From: Mobula birostris
Taxonomy: Eukaryota
Direction: 5' to 3'
DNA: 64,000 nt
Assembly (NCBI RefSeq): GCF_030028105.1
Contig: NC_092370.1
Location: 222,810,005-222,874,004, forward strand
Made by a program: the position numbers and the translations under genes. The notes below the pieces were generated by a model that was given only the letters and a program-made list of their open reading frames with translations, made no database searches and had not been told where the DNA came from. This document shows positions 63,176 through 64,000 of the stretch, one piece after another. Each line of letters begins with the position of its first letter. Positions within the stretch are counted from its first letter, which is position 1.

Positions 63176-64000
63176 AAATTGTTTTATCATTGTCACAAGT
63201 ATCAAGGTCCAGTGAAAATCTTTCCATGTTCAATGTACTCTTGGTAATGCCCTGTAACGGCATAATTTTGCTACTTTTAGAAAATGCAGTAGAGTAGCAG
63301 ACCCTTCAATCTCCAATGTCTCTGCTGATCACTATGTGAAATTGAACTAAACCTGTCTGTATGTTCACAATCCATTCCCTGCTTGTTCATCTGTATACTT
63401 CAAAGTCTCTTGAGTGCCTCTATTGCATCTGCCTCCACCAATACCCCTGGCAGCCCATTCCAGCCACCCACCACTCGCTGTGCTTTTTAAAAAAAGCTTT
63501 CTCATAACTTATCTTCTTTAAATTTTACCCCTCACCTGAAAGGCAGCATCTGTGGTAGGAAATGGGCAGTTAATATTTCAGGTTGACTCACTTCATACGG
63601 ACTGGAGAGAGGCTGCACAGGCTGGGATTGTTTTTTTCTGGAGCGAAGGAGGCTGAGCGGTGAATTTATATAGCTTTATAAAATCATGAGGTGTGTAGAT
63701 AAGCTGACAGTCTTTCCCCCCAAGGTATGGGAGTCTAAAACTAGAGGGTATGGGTTTAAAGTGAGAGGGGATAGACTTAAAAGGTCCTGAGGGGAAGCTT
63801 TTCCATGCAGAGGAATCTGGGTGTGTGGAACGAGCAGCCAGAGGATGTAGTTGAGGCAGGTAGATTTACAACATTTTAATGACGCTTACATAGATAGGAA
63901 AGGTTTCAAGCAGGAGTTCCCAACCCTTTTTATGCCATGGACCCCTACATACTTATGCTCAGCACACACAAAATGCCCCAGGAACTCAGCAGGTTGGTCC

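Overview
Vertebrate genomic DNA, very likely a cartilaginous fish (ray/shark), inferred from its repeats (HE1-like V-SINEs, HER1/CR1 LINEs with esterase ORF1, Rex1/Babar, Penelope, Tc1, Tx1). Most of the window is transposon debris. Three host genes lie on the + strand in the order known from human 14q23: (1) a very GC-rich, divergent ZBTB1-like gene (probable non-coding exon 1 in a CpG island ending at 1644; single coding exon 17155-19053, 632 aa); (2) an HSPA2-type Hsp70 (640 aa) whose CDS is split by a 13,891-bp phase-1 intron (28039-41929), although mammalian HSPA2 has an intronless CDS; (3) the first four coding exons of a PPP1R36-like gene (49689-60847, continuing past the window), missed by the ORF track. 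Highlights: the apparently gained Hsp70 intron with substitutions at normally invariant residues and a TATA-less, HSE-less multi-CCAAT promoter; several minimal hammerhead ribozymes from a young Penelope-derived family, including a 134-bp insertion with a 13-bp TSD beside the PPP1R36 promoter; and a 421-bp foldback element with hAT ends and Tc1-derived arms. Homology calls come from recalled sequences, not database searches; repeat boundaries without a stated TSD are approximate.
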